Source: an uncultured archaeon (lineage in GTDB: Archaea; Iainarchaeota; Iainarchaeia; Iainarchaeales; CSSED10-239). Taken from it: a stretch of 64,000 nt of DNA. Every line of letters begins with the position of its first letter. Positions within the stretch are counted from its first letter, which is position 1. A program made the position numbers and the translations under genes. Shown here one piece after another: positions 1 to 10,318 of this stretch. The stretch covers positions 6,634-70,633 of the forward strand of contig CAZPGO010000011.1 in the NCBI GenBank assembly GCA_964586355.1, written 5' to 3'. Below the pieces are notes generated by a model. The model was given only the letters and a program-made list of their open reading frames with translations. It searched no databases and was not told the origin of the DNA.

Positions 1-23
1 GCTTAGACTAAAGAGTGACTAAA

Positions 24-710
24 ATGAATACAGAAAAACTAAGAGGGAAAATAATAGTTATTGAAGGAAGTGATGGTTGTGGAAAAACCACACAAATAAA
101 CCTCTTAAAACAGTATTTAGAAGATCTTGGAGAAAAGGTGGCTCTTTTTGATTTTCCAAGATATGGTGAAAAATCAGCAGTTTTAGTTGAAGAATATCTT
201 AATGGGGATTTTGGATCTGCAAAAGAGGTGGGTGCCTACAGAGCTTCTATATTTTATGCTTGTGATCGTTATGCTGCATCTTTTGAGATGAAAAAAGCAA
301 TTGAGGAAAAAAATATTATTCTTTGTAACAGATATGCAACAGCAAACATGCTTCACCAAGCAGGAAAGATATCAGACCTTAAGGAAAGAAAAAAGTTTCT
401 TAAGTGGCTAGTTAATCTGGAGTTTGATATCTTTAACATCCCTAAACCAAATCATGTAATTTTTTTATATTTAGATTCTTCCATTTCTTCAAAACTAGCA
501 ACACAAAAACAAGCAAGACATGATAATATTATTCAAAGTAATGATATTCACGAAAAAGATCTAAACCATTTAAAAGAAGCTACAGATTCTGGTCTTTGGG
601 TTTCAAAGATCTATAAATGGATAGTAATTAATTGTCAAAATAGAAATAAAGAGATCTTAACTATTAAAAAAATTCATAAAAAGATTCTTAAGAAATTAGG
701 TGTTTTATAG
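24..710 (+). CDS. tmk: thymidylate (dTMP) kinase
   Basis: P-loop IIVIEGSDGCGKTTQ and overall dTMP kinase layout. ATG at 24 follows an SD-like GAGTGA; the ORF track starts at GTG 15. Confidence 0.85.
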   Translation: MNTEKLRGKIIVIEGSDGCGKTTQINLLKQYLEDLGEKVALFDFPRYGEKSAVLVEEYLNGDFGSAKEVGAYRASIFYACDRYAASFEMKKAIEEKNIILCNRYATANMLHQAGKISDLKERKKFLKWLVNLEFDIFNIPKPNHVIFLYLDSSISSKLATQKQARHDNIIQSNDIHEKDLNHLKEATDSGLWVSKIYKWIVINCQNRNKEILTIKKIHKKILKKLGVL

Positions 711-864
711 AAAAATAATTATACACTATCAAGTTACTAACCATTTCTAGAAAATTTACCCCCACACTTCCGGTAATAAAAAATAAGCACTTTTATTTTT
801 TGTTTTTGTTTTTCAAATATGTTTTACTTAATAAAGAAACACTCTATATATTATATGTGATTTT

Positions 865-3012
865 ATGGCTGACAAAGATTTTCAAGAAGATTTTGTAGAT
901 TTTCAAGAACCTACAAGCACAAACATAGCTGTTGAAGAATATATTGATATTTTTCAAGAATTTCTTGAAGCCGTTTATAAAAGAGATGTTGAGTTTCTTG
1001 CTGCTAATTATCCTGATCAAAAATCAATAGAAATAGATTTTAAAAAACTAGAAGCCTATGATCTAACTCTTGCAGAAAGATTAATAGAAGATCCACATAC
1101 AATGATTGATGCTGCAAATGAAGCACTAAAAAGAATTGATGTTGGTGTTTTAGAGCAAGAAGCTGATGTGGATTTTGAGCCTAGAATTAGATTTTTTAAT
1201 CTTCCTGAAGAATCAAAAATAAGTATAAGAAATGTTGGTTCTGAGTGTATAGGAAAATTAATTTCTGTTGAAGGAATGGTAAGACAAATAACAGAAAGAT
1301 TAGAAAAAATGACTGTTGCTCATTTTGTTTGTAGAAGATGTCAAAACAGTTATGATATTAAACAACTAAGTCAACAAATAAAAAAACCTGTAATGTGTGA
1401 ATGTAAGTCTAGAGAGTTTGATATAGATCTAGAACAAAGTAAATTTATTGATTATCAAAAAATACAAGTTCAAGAACCCTTAGAAAGCTTAAAAGGTAGT
1501 GAACAAGCAAGCCATATGGAAGTGTTTTTATCTGAGGATCTTGTAAATTTGTGTTCTGCTGGTGATAAGATAATTATTACTGGTATTGTTAAACTTAAAC
1601 CACCAAAATCAAACGATTCAAACATTTATCAGAAATATATGGTTGCAAACCATATCGAAAAAGTCGATCAAGAATTTGATGAATTAAAGATCTCTCCAGA
1701 AGAGGTTGAAGAGATAAAACAACTTTCTAGAAAAGATAATATTTATGAATTGTTATCAGGATCTATTGCTCCAGGAATCTATGGACACGATATAGTAAAA
1801 GAAGCAATAATGCTTCAGATGTTTGGTGGTGTGAAAAAAAAGGTTGGAAAGCAAGATCTTCGTGGAAATATTCATGTGTTGTTAGTTGGTGATCCTTCTA
1901 CTGGTAAAAGTCAATTGTTAAAATATGGTTCAGAGATTGCTCCAAAAAGCATTTATGTTGCAGGAAAAAGCGCTTCTGGTGCAGGACTAACTGTTAGTGC
2001 TGTAAAAGACGATTTTGGAGAAGGCGGTTGGACATTAAAGGCTGGTGCTGTTGTTCTTGCTAGTGGTGGTATTGCAATGATTGATGAGTTTGATAAGATG
2101 GAGGCTGAGGATCGTAGTTCTCTTCATGAAGCCATGGCTCAGTCAACAGTTTCTGTATCTAAGGCTGGGTTATATGCTAAGTTTAGAGCAGACACCTCAA
2201 TATTAGCCGCAGCAAACCCAAAACTAAACAGATTTGATAAATTTAAGAATCCAATCGAGCAGATTGATCTTCCTTTTTCTTTATTATCAAGATTTGATCT
2301 TTATTTTATAATAAGAGATTCATTAAATAGAAAGCTTGATATAGAAATGGGAAGTAAAATCATGGAAGTTCATGAGGCTGCAGAGAAATTAGCACAAACT
2401 GATTCTTCTAAATCTATTTCTAAAGAAGAGCTTGAGGATATAGAGCAAAAGGTTTTGCCAAAAGTAGACCCAACCCTTTTTAAAAAATATGTTGCTTATG
2501 CAAGACAAAATATTAAACCTATTTTGACAAAAGAAACTTCTGATAAAATACTTAATTATTATATTGAATTAAGAGATATTGGTAGAGCCCAGGAAAGTTT
2601 TTCAGCAACCCCTAGACAGCTAGAAGGTTTAATAAGGTTGGCAGAAGCAAGTGCAAGAATAAAACTAAAAGACAAAATAGAAATTGATGATGCTCTAAGA
2701 GCTATAAGGATTTTTAAGACTTCTTTAGAGCAAACTTCTACAGATCTTGATACCGGTAAAATAGATATTGATATCATAAGTAGTGGACACAGTACTAGTG
2801 AGAGGTCATTTTTAAAAAAGGTTTTGAGATTAATTGAAGAGTTAAGTGTTGATGGTGCTCCTGTGGATATTTCTGAGTTACAAAAATTAACTGAGCAAGA
2901 GAATATTAAAAAAGATAAATTGGTTGATGCTATTATAAAACTAAAAAAATCAGGGGATATATATGAGCCAAAAAATGGTTTTTATAAAGCAACGAATTTT
3001 ATGACTCAATAG
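865..3012 (+). CDS. mcm: MCM replicative helicase
   Basis: 715 aa. C4 zinc motif CRRC...CEC, Walker A GDPSTGKSQ, Walker B IDEFDKM, arginine-finger region SRFDL. No intein. Confidence 0.95.
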   Translation: MADKDFQEDFVDFQEPTSTNIAVEEYIDIFQEFLEAVYKRDVEFLAANYPDQKSIEIDFKKLEAYDLTLAERLIEDPHTMIDAANEALKRIDVGVLEQEADVDFEPRIRFFNLPEESKISIRNVGSECIGKLISVEGMVRQITERLEKMTVAHFVCRRCQNSYDIKQLSQQIKKPVMCECKSREFDIDLEQSKFIDYQKIQVQEPLESLKGSEQASHMEVFLSEDLVNLCSAGDKIIITGIVKLKPPKSNDSNIYQKYMVANHIEKVDQEFDELKISPEEVEEIKQLSRKDNIYELLSGSIAPGIYGHDIVKEAIMLQMFGGVKKKVGKQDLRGNIHVLLVGDPSTGKSQLLKYGSEIAPKSIYVAGKSASGAGLTVSAVKDDFGEGGWTLKAGAVVLASGGIAMIDEFDKMEAEDRSSLHEAMAQSTVSVSKAGLYAKFRADTSILAAANPKLNRFDKFKNPIEQIDLPFSLLSRFDLYFIIRDSLNRKLDIEMGSKIMEVHEAAEKLAQTDSSKSISKEELEDIEQKVLPKVDPTLFKKYVAYARQNIKPILTKETSDKILNYYIELRDIGRAQESFSATPRQLEGLIRLAEASARIKLKDKIEIDDALRAIRIFKTSLEQTSTDLDTGKIDIDIISSGHSTSERSFLKKVLRLIEELSVDGAPVDISELQKLTEQENIKKDKLVDAIIKLKKSGDIYEPKNGFYKATNFMTQ

Positions 3013-3166
3013 TTTTTAACAGAAAGAAAAGGCTCTCAAATATTTTTATTATGTTGTCTGATATCACTTTTAATTAGAGCAAATTGTCTACTATTATTTC
3101 CATAAAAACTTTCTGTTTTTAATATTTTGTGATAACTATTATTATATTATTTTAATTTGAAAAAAT

Positions 3167-4015
3167 ATGAAAAAACAATCAGCAATACATGATAAAAGGT
3201 TTATACTAAATTTTATTATTTTATTTTTAGCTGTGCATATCTTAGGGCTTTTTGTTGCACACCACTATTCTTTATTAGATCTGCAATTATCTGTTTTTGG
3301 AGATCCTAATAGCATCTATAATGCTTTGTTTATTGTTGGCTATATTTTATTTTTAACTTTGATGATCTTGTTAATGAAAAAACTTTTTAAAAGCGGGAAA
3401 TATATCTATCTATTTGAATTTTTTGCTTTGTTTTTTGCTATGGGTCTTGTTTTTGAGATCTTTTTACCTTTTTTACATGCTTATTTTTTAGCAGGTATTT
3501 TATTATTTTTTAAAAATCTATTTGAATCTGAAAAAATAAAATTATGGTTTAATAATTTTGTGTTAGGGGTTTCTTTAGCAGGTGCTGGAACCCTCTTAGG
3601 GTTAGGGCTAGGTCTTGTTCCAATAATTGCTTTGTTATTTTTATTAGCAGTTTATGATATTGTTGCTGTATTTTACACCAAGCACATGGTTTCTTTAGCA
3701 AAACTAATAATTTCAAAAAAAGTTTCTTTAATATTTTTACTACCTTCAAAAAAAAGAGTGTATAGACTTGGTGGTGGCGATTTTGCTATCCCTTTAGCTG
3801 TTTCTGCTAGCTTGTTTAATATCTTAATTAGAAAATTTAGTTTAGTAACAACATTAATACCAATTTTTTTTGTGTGGGTTGCGGCAATTTCTGGTATGTT
3901 ATTAACTTTTTATATTTTAGATAAAAAAAAGATAAATGCTTTACCAGCACTACCTATTCAGGTTTTTTTAATGATATTAGTTATTGTTATTTCTTATTTT
4001 ATTTTACTATACTAA
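3167..4015 (+). CDS. presenilin / signal-peptide-peptidase-like intramembrane aspartyl protease (A22 family)
   Basis: Polytopic membrane protein with the YD motif (AVYDIVAVF), the GxGD motif (LGGGDFAIP) and a C-terminal PAL motif (NALPALP). Confidence 0.7.
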   Translation: MKKQSAIHDKRFILNFIILFLAVHILGLFVAHHYSLLDLQLSVFGDPNSIYNALFIVGYILFLTLMILLMKKLFKSGKYIYLFEFFALFFAMGLVFEIFLPFLHAYFLAGILLFFKNLFESEKIKLWFNNFVLGVSLAGAGTLLGLGLGLVPIIALLFLLAVYDIVAVFYTKHMVSLAKLIISKKVSLIFLLPSKKRVYRLGGGDFAIPLAVSASLFNILIRKFSLVTTLIPIFFVWVAAISGMLLTFYILDKKKINALPALPIQVFLMILVIVISYFILLY

Positions 4016-4403
4016 CACTGTTTGTTCTTACAAACTCACAAGTTTTTGTAACTTCAACAAGATATTTTATTTTCCCATCTTTATTTTTGCACATATTTTC
4101 TTTTTGATCATCTAAAAAGCTAACTCTTGGCGAGTGAACAACATCACAACCCCAACCTAAGGCGACATTTTCTGAAAGACAGGGACCAGATTCAAGCAAA
4201 TTGCCTTTTGCTATCTCTTGCTTACAAAGAGCAACACAGTTTTTTATTGCGTCTTCTTCATAATCTAAAGTTGCATCTCTAAAAACTATATTTAATATTC
4301 CAAAAACAAGTATTATTCCTAAAATAATAACATACAAATACAAACTTATTTTACTTGGTCTAAAAAGATTAAACTTTTCTTTCTTCTTTTTTTTCTGGTT
4401 CAT
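3999..4403 (-). CDS. hypothetical membrane-anchored Cys-rich secreted protein
   Basis: Lys-rich N-terminus, one TM helix, then a domain with 6 cysteines. No recognised family. Confidence 0.4.
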   Translation of the reverse strand: MNQKKKKKEKFNLFRPSKISLYLYVIILGIILVFGILNIVFRDATLDYEEDAIKNCVALCKQEIAKGNLLESGPCLSENVALGWGCDVVHSPRVSFLDDQKENMCKNKDGKIKYLVEVTKTCEFVRTNSVSIVK

Positions 4404-4541
4404 ATTATTTTGCCTTCTTTATAATAGATCTTTTTTTATATCTTCTTCTATTATGGAATATAAAACAATATACTCTATAAAAACCTTTCTTTATTTACAA
4501 AAATAAAAGGGTTTTAAAATAAATCCATATATATATATTAT

Positions 4542-4994
4542 ATGACAAAGTCCAAAACAGAGCAACCCTCTTTACCAAAATTAGAATTAAATTATAATCA
4601 ATTACTGGATAGACTATATATGTCTTTACCACAAAAGGCAAAAGAGTCTGTAAGATATGAAATGCCTACCGCTATTTCAATGATACAAGGTAAACAAACA
4701 ATCTGGAAGAATTTCATAAAATGTGCTAAAGATCTTGATAGAGATCAAAACTTATTATATAAGTTTGTTATGAAGGAGATCAGCACATCTTCAACAATAG
4801 TAAACAATCAATCATTAGTATTAAACGGTGCATTTGATAATCAAAAAATTAATTTAATATTAGAAAAATTCATTAATGCTTTTGTTTTGTGTTCTGAATG
4901 TAAAAAACCAGACACCACAATAATAACACAACACAATATAAAGGTGTTAAAATGCTCTGCATGTGGAGCAATATCTGCTTTACCAAAATTATAG
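4542..4994 (+). CDS. eif2b: translation initiation factor aIF2 beta subunit
   Basis: C-terminal zinc ribbon CSECKKPDT...CSACG and size typical of aIF2-beta. Confidence 0.85.
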   Translation: MTKSKTEQPSLPKLELNYNQLLDRLYMSLPQKAKESVRYEMPTAISMIQGKQTIWKNFIKCAKDLDRDQNLLYKFVMKEISTSSTIVNNQSLVLNGAFDNQKINLILEKFINAFVLCSECKKPDTTIITQHNIKVLKCSACGAISALPKL

Positions 4995-5007
4995 ACTTAT
5001 TTTTAAT

Positions 5008-5298
5008 ATGATTGGAAAAATACATAAATATGCTGGGCAAAAGATTTTTGCTTGTTGTGATTTTGAGCTTTTAGAGAAAAATATTCTCTTTAATGATGTC
5101 AAGATACATATACGCTCAGGTTTTTATGGTTCTACTAAGCTTACAAAAAAAGAAATTCTTGATTTTGTATCTGAAGCAAATCAAGTTAATGTTTTTGGAA
5201 AAAGGGTTTGTGATCTTTTACTTTCAAAAAACATAATTACTAAAGAGGATGTTATTTATATAGAAAATATACCACATATTCAAATCTATAAAATTTAA
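5008..5298 (+). CDS. DUF424-family protein
   Basis: MIGKIHKYAGQKIFACCDFELLEKN resembles archaeal DUF424. Start moved to the internal ATG at 5008 to avoid overlapping aIF2-beta. Confidence 0.5.
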   Translation: MIGKIHKYAGQKIFACCDFELLEKNILFNDVKIHIRSGFYGSTKLTKKEILDFVSEANQVNVFGKRVCDLLLSKNIITKEDVIYIENIPHIQIYKI

Positions 5299-5325
5299 AA
5301 AAACTTTTGGAGGTTATATAAAAAA

Positions 5326-5784
5326 ATGCAAAAACACTTTAATAAAAACAGAACACCAAACCCTGCCTTTGATCCAACTAATGAGTTTAAAAAATTAAGA
5401 ACTCCTTTTAGAAAAGATCTAGAAATGTATGGCAAAATAACTAATTTAATGGGAACAAATCAAGTAAAAGTTGCTTGTGAAGATGCCACAGAAAGGATCT
5501 GTAGAATTCCTGGAAAGATGTTTAGACATATCTGGATAAAAACAAATGATATTGTTATTATTAAACTTTGGGACTTTCAACCAAGCAAAGCAGATGTTGT
5601 TTGGAGATATCAAGGTTTTCAAAAAAATGCTTTAGAAAGGCGTGGAGAATTAACAAAACTTTATGCGTTTACTCATGATGAGGTCTCTAATAATCCAAGA
5701 TATTTACCACAAAATAACACCCCTCAAAAAGAAGAATCTTCTTCTGATATTAAAGAGTTACCAGATTCAGACAATAAAGAATAA
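5326..5784 (+). CDS. eif1a: translation initiation factor aIF1A
   Basis: S1-like OB core GQVKVACEDATERICRIPGKMFRHIWIKTNDIVII with an acidic C-terminal tail. Confidence 0.85.
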   Translation: MQKHFNKNRTPNPAFDPTNEFKKLRTPFRKDLEMYGKITNLMGTNQVKVACEDATERICRIPGKMFRHIWIKTNDIVIIKLWDFQPSKADVVWRYQGFQKNALERRGELTKLYAFTHDEVSNNPRYLPQNNTPQKEESSSDIKELPDSDNKE

Positions 5785-5801
5785 TATAAAAAAAGATCAA
5801 A

Positions 5802-6551
5802 ATGCTTCCAATAAAAAAGATAGAAGGTTATGTTTTTGATAATACTGTTCATGAGGCCTTATTTAAATTATCAAGTAATGGTATAATAGATTCTATTGAT
5901 GAACCAATAGCATCAGGAAAAGAAGCAATTACTTTTTTAGGGCATATTGATAAAACTTATTTGGTTGCAAAGATCTATAAGATAGAAACCTCTAATTTTA
6001 AAAAACTTGGTAAATATATTAAAGGAGATTATAGATTTAAAAAAATAAAAAATGAAAGAAGAAATCTTTTTTTAATATGGGCAAGTAAAGAATATAAGAA
6101 TCTTACTCTTGCAATTAACAATGGGGTTTCTGTTCCGGTACCAATAGCAAGAGAAAAAAACATTTTAATTCTTTCCTTGGTTGGAACAAAAGAGGGTAAT
6201 CCTCATCCAAAGTTAATTAAGTTTAGAAAATATGATTTTGAGCATGTTTATTCACAAATAATAGAAAACTATGCAAAACTATTATATGGTGCAAAGATAG
6301 TTCATGCAGATTTTAGTCCATATAATATTTTGATAGATCCAGAAACTCAAAAAATAACAATAATAGATATGGGTCAAGCTGTTGTTCACACTCACCCAAA
6401 AGCAAAAGCTTTTTTAAAAAGAGACATAATTAATATTACTGATTTTCTAAATAAAAGAGCAAAAAACAAAATAACTTATGAGCAGTTTTTAGAAGATCTA
6501 AAACATAAAAAAAAGGAATTGTACAAAAGCGAGGTTAATAAAAATGAGTAA
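5802..6551 (+). CDS. RIO-type serine protein kinase (Rio1-like)
   Basis: ATP-binding SGKEA, catalytic HADFSPYNILI, metal-binding IIDMGQAV. Lies in the conserved aIF1A-RIO-KH neighbourhood. Confidence 0.85.
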   Translation: MLPIKKIEGYVFDNTVHEALFKLSSNGIIDSIDEPIASGKEAITFLGHIDKTYLVAKIYKIETSNFKKLGKYIKGDYRFKKIKNERRNLFLIWASKEYKNLTLAINNGVSVPVPIAREKNILILSLVGTKEGNPHPKLIKFRKYDFEHVYSQIIENYAKLLYGAKIVHADFSPYNILIDPETQKITIIDMGQAVVHTHPKAKAFLKRDIINITDFLNKRAKNKITYEQFLEDLKHKKKELYKSEVNKNE

Positions 6552-6756
6552 AATAAAAAAAAGACCATTAACTCTAATAATATTAGCAATATTTTTTGGA
6601 GTGTTTGCTTGGTTGTATATTTTTGAAAATAGAAAAACCGAATTTTGGGTAGGTGTTTCTTTATCAGTACTACTTTGCTGGACAATTGTTGTTCCTGTTG
6701 GTTTTTATATTTGGTCACTAGTTGATTGTATACTTTATAGTGATAAACTATACTAA
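6544..6756 (+). CDS. small membrane protein (2 TM), hypothetical
   Basis: 70 aa with two hydrophobic helices. No family recognised. Confidence 0.3.
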   Translation: MSKIKKRPLTLIILAIFFGVFAWLYIFENRKTEFWVGVSLSVLLCWTIVVPVGFYIWSLVDCILYSDKLY

Positions 6757-6771
6757 AATTTTGGAAAAGTT

Positions 6772-7350
6772 ATGGAAGAAATAATTAAAGTTAATCATCA
6801 AAGATTGCCAATTATTATTGGTCATGATGGAGAAACAAAAAAACTTATTGAAAAAAAAACTAATGTAGCTTTAGAGATTGATAGTCATACTGGTGAAATT
6901 GTAATTGTTGGTCAAAGCAATTATTATAATGTCTATAATGCAAAAAAAGTAATTACTGCAATCTCTAGAGGTTTTTCTCCAGAAAATGCTTTTAATATTC
7001 TAAAGGGAGACAACACCTTAGAAGTTATGTCCATTGAAAACTTTATTGGTAAAAACACCAATAGAATTCATCAGATAAAAGGAAGAATAATAGGTAGAGA
7101 TGGAAGCATAAAAAACATAATTGAAAAAAAATATGGGTGTTTTTTAGCAGTTTATGGAAAAACAGTAGCAATTATAGCAAGATCTGATTACATGGGAGAG
7201 ATCATGGAGATTGTTGAGTCTTTGATTAATGGTGCAAAACACACAGCAGTTTTTAAGATCTTAAAAAGATCAAAAGTGAGAAACACCATAGGAAATAGAA
7301 TAGTTAAAGATAATGTTACTGAAAAAATTGATGATATTTCTTTTAAATGA
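6772..7350 (+). CDS. KH-domain RNA-binding protein (Dim2/Pno1-like)
   Basis: Two KH-like segments (IIGHDGETKKLIE; IGRDGSIKNIIE). Conserved position after the RIO kinase. Confidence 0.7.
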   Translation: MEEIIKVNHQRLPIIIGHDGETKKLIEKKTNVALEIDSHTGEIVIVGQSNYYNVYNAKKVITAISRGFSPENAFNILKGDNTLEVMSIENFIGKNTNRIHQIKGRIIGRDGSIKNIIEKKYGCFLAVYGKTVAIIARSDYMGEIMEIVESLINGAKHTAVFKILKRSKVRNTIGNRIVKDNVTEKIDDISFK

Positions 7351-7461
7351 TTTTTTTTATTTTTTAAATAAAAAAAGAACTACTATTTTTAAATCTTTTT
7401 GACTATAATATATTTATATAAATATATTTAAGCTATTTTTAATATTAGAAGGGATTTAGAA

Positions 7462-9159
7462 ATGAGTAAAGAAAAAACTATTAAAGATAAAGATGTTATA
7501 AATCAATTAGATGCTGATGAATTATTTACTGAATTTAAGGAACATTCAGTAGCAGACTTTTTTAAAAAAAACAAACAGATGTTAGGTCTTTCTGGAAAAC
7601 AAAGATCTTTAACAACAATTATACACGAACTAGTAACCAATTCCTTAGATGCTTGTGAAGAAGCGGGGTTGCTTCCAGAAATTGAAGTAAAGCTATCAGA
7701 AATAGGCTCAGAATACTATGAGATATCAGTAAAAGATAATGGCCCAGGCATTCCAGAAGACAAAATAGCAAGTGCTTTAGGTAAATTACTTGCAGGAACC
7801 AAATTTCATAGACTGGTTCAAACTAGAGGTCAGCAAGGAATTGGTGTTAGTGGAATTATTTTATTATCTCAAATGACTACTGGAAAACCAACAAAAGTTA
7901 TTTCCGGAACCAGTAAAGGTAAAACAAGTTCTCTAGAAATTTCTATTGATAGTAAAACAAACACTCCAAAGGTTGTAAACAAACATTATTTAGAAAATAA
8001 ATATAGAGGTCTTGCAATCAAATGTAAGTTTAAAGAAATAATTTACAAAAAAGGTCAAAACAGTGTTGATGAATATTTAAGAAGAACAGCAATATCCAAT
8101 CCTCATTTATCTCTTTTTTTTGAAGACCCTAATGGAGAGATTACAAAATACACAAGAACAGTAACAAAACTACCAAGAATACCAAAAGCAGTAAAACCAC
8201 ACCCAAGAGGAACAACAGTAGATGAACTTTTAAGTTATGCTAGACATGCTAGTGCAAGAAAAGTAAATTCTTTTTTAGCAACAACTTTTGATAGGGTTGG
8301 TCAAACATCAATTGATAACATCCAAAAAATAGTTCATTTTGATCTAAATAAAGATCCTAGATCTCTAAGTTGGGAAGAAGCAGAAGATCTTGTAAAAGCT
8401 ATTAAAGAAACAAAATTTATTGCTCCAAGCACAGATAATCTTGTGCCAATAGGTGAAGATCAAATAAAAAAATCTTTAAAATCAATTGTTAGTCCAGAAT
8501 TTTTGTCCGTGGTAACAAGAAAACCAGGGGTTTACCAAGGAGGATATGCTTTTCAAGTTGAGGCTGGTGTTGCTTATGGTGGTGGCGCTGGTAGACTTGT
8601 AAGTGTTGAAAAGATAGTAGAAAAAGGGGTTACAAAAAAAGAAGAAGTTAGAACCTCTGAAATAATAAGATTTGCAAATAAAGCCCCATTATTGTTTGAT
8701 GCTGGAGGTTGTGCAATTACAAAAACTGTTGAATCTGTAGATTGGAAAAGATATGGTATCTCTAATTTTGATTCTAGTCCATTATCAATATTTGTGAACT
8801 TAATCTCTGTTCATATCCCTTACACATCTGCAGGAAAATCTGCTGTCTCTGATGATAATGACATTGTTAATGAAATTAAGTTGGCAGTAATGGATGTTGC
8901 AAGAAGAGTAGGAATATACATTATTGAGAAAAAAAGAGAAGCAGAAAAAAAAGAAAAAAGAAAAGTTTTTGGAAAATATGCTCCATATGTTGTAGAGGCT
9001 TTAGTTCATACAACAGGAGATAATAATAAAGAGCTTTTATTAAAAAATCTAAATAACATGGTTTTAGAAAAACTAAAAATGGAAGAAGAAGTTCCCTCTT
9101 CTAAAGACGAAGCTGTTGTTGAAGAAGAGGTTATTGAAGATGATGAAATTAATGAATAA
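7462..9159 (+). CDS. top6B: DNA topoisomerase VI subunit B
   Basis: GHKL ATPase motifs (ELVTNSLDA, DNGPGI, GQQGIGVS), 565 aa, directly upstream of top6A. Confidence 0.9.
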   Translation: MSKEKTIKDKDVINQLDADELFTEFKEHSVADFFKKNKQMLGLSGKQRSLTTIIHELVTNSLDACEEAGLLPEIEVKLSEIGSEYYEISVKDNGPGIPEDKIASALGKLLAGTKFHRLVQTRGQQGIGVSGIILLSQMTTGKPTKVISGTSKGKTSSLEISIDSKTNTPKVVNKHYLENKYRGLAIKCKFKEIIYKKGQNSVDEYLRRTAISNPHLSLFFEDPNGEITKYTRTVTKLPRIPKAVKPHPRGTTVDELLSYARHASARKVNSFLATTFDRVGQTSIDNIQKIVHFDLNKDPRSLSWEEAEDLVKAIKETKFIAPSTDNLVPIGEDQIKKSLKSIVSPEFLSVVTRKPGVYQGGYAFQVEAGVAYGGGAGRLVSVEKIVEKGVTKKEEVRTSEIIRFANKAPLLFDAGGCAITKTVESVDWKRYGISNFDSSPLSIFVNLISVHIPYTSAGKSAVSDDNDIVNEIKLAVMDVARRVGIYIIEKKREAEKKEKRKVFGKYAPYVVEALVHTTGDNNKELLLKNLNNMVLEKLKMEEEVPSSKDEAVVEEEVIEDDEINE

Positions 9160-9169
9160 GTGATAATTT

Positions 9170-10309
9170 ATGACAAAATCAAAACCGAAAAAAAAAGTTT
9201 TAGAAGAATTTGAAGTAGAAACAACTAAGGATATTGAAAGAAAAACATTTCAAATCGCAAAAGATATTGTTGATCAAATAAAAGCTAATCAACAACCAAC
9301 CTTTGTGACAAAGGTCAGAGGACTTAGTAATGTTTACTTTGATGACGAGAAACAATACATTCAGTTAGGAGATAAGACAGTTGCAAGACCTTTTCTAAAT
9401 CTTGGTGCTGCAAGAAAGTTTATGCAGACAATGTTAGTTAATGACAAATGTAATGAATACTTAAAAGAAGGAAAAACAGCATCAATCAGAGAAATCTACT
9501 ACGAACTAAAAAGAACAGTAGCTAACACCAAGGAGAACACTTTTGATGGGCAAAATGAATCTAATGAAGTAATTGTTGATATTGAGCATGCTGCAAACAC
9601 CATAAGAGAAAAGTTAGGTCTTCATGCAGAGTCTAAAGGATCTTTATATGGGGATATTACTTTAAAAGATCTAAAACACGATGGAGATGTTTTTAATTGT
9701 AACACCCTTGGTCGTGGTGGCTGGTCTATAATGTCTAGAATAGAACCTGAAGAAATTGAAATAGTTGATGTTAATGCAGAAGTAGTTTTAGTTATTGAAA
9801 CTGCTGCGATGTATAACAGGCTTATTGAAGAAAGATACACCAAATCACACAAAGCAATATTAATAGGGACCGGGGGCCAAGCAGCAAGAGGTGCAAGAAG
9901 GTTAATACATAGATTAAGATATGAATATGATCTTCCTGTTATTGTTTTTACTGATGGGGATCCATATGGTTGGTATATTTATTCAGTAATTAAAAGTGGA
10001 TCTATGGCTCTAGCAGCACATTCCAAATATTTAGCTGTTCCTGATGCTAAATATGTTGGTATGACTTTAACAGATGTTGAGACTTATGGTTTGCAAAATG
10101 TTACTGAAAAAATGAAAGATGGAGATATTAAAAGAGCAAAAGAATTAATGAGCTATGATTGGTTTAAATCAAATGAATGGCAAAAAGAACTAAAGCTTGC
10201 AATTGATAAAAAAATAAGAATTGAGCAACAGGCTTTAGCAAACAAATCATTAGACTTTGTTGCAAAAAAATATCTTCCTGAAAAAATTGAAAAAGAGATT
10301 TTTTTATAA
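9170..10309 (+). CDS. top6A: DNA topoisomerase VI subunit A (Spo11 family)
   Basis: Toprim region VLVIETAAM...FTDGDPYGWYIY and Spo11-like layout. Confidence 0.9.
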   Translation: MTKSKPKKKVLEEFEVETTKDIERKTFQIAKDIVDQIKANQQPTFVTKVRGLSNVYFDDEKQYIQLGDKTVARPFLNLGAARKFMQTMLVNDKCNEYLKEGKTASIREIYYELKRTVANTKENTFDGQNESNEVIVDIEHAANTIREKLGLHAESKGSLYGDITLKDLKHDGDVFNCNTLGRGGWSIMSRIEPEEIEIVDVNAEVVLVIETAAMYNRLIEERYTKSHKAILIGTGGQAARGARRLIHRLRYEYDLPVIVFTDGDPYGWYIYSVIKSGSMALAAHSKYLAVPDAKYVGMTLTDVETYGLQNVTEKMKDGDIKRAKELMSYDWFKSNEWQKELKLAIDKKIRIEQQALANKSLDFVAKKYLPEKIEKEIFL

Positions 10310-10318
10310 TTTTTTTTA

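Noticed and set aside
844-856. TATATATTATAT-like strings directly before several start codons (mcm, aIF2-beta, rnz) considered as TATA-box promoters of those genes.
   Set aside because: They lie only 0-10 nt from the ATG, too close for a TATA box roughly 25 nt upstream of a transcription start. I cannot place promoters reliably by eye in DNA this AT-rich.
711-864. Replication origin next to mcm.
   Set aside because: No repeated ORB-like elements, no adjacent cdc6/orc1 gene, and no extended AT-rich unwinding element distinct from the genome background.
2559-2777. Antisense or overlapping ORFs in the track. Examples are 2559..2777, 3549..3749, 6476..6718, 9622..9852, 10398..10820, 13558..13857, 14926..15255, 17083..17274, 22066..22413, 27092..27406, 40120..40646, 44727..44984, 51429..51749, 54901..55206, 57875..58144 and 59330..59581.
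   Set aside because: All lie inside or opposite strongly supported genes, have low-complexity or hydrophobic shadow-frame composition, and show no recognisable motifs.
3016-3120. 9-nt inverted repeat aacagaaag/ctttctgtt about 80 nt apart, between mcm and the presenilin-like gene.
   Set aside because: It is too short to distinguish from chance in low-complexity AT-rich DNA, and no associated ORF or further copies were seen.
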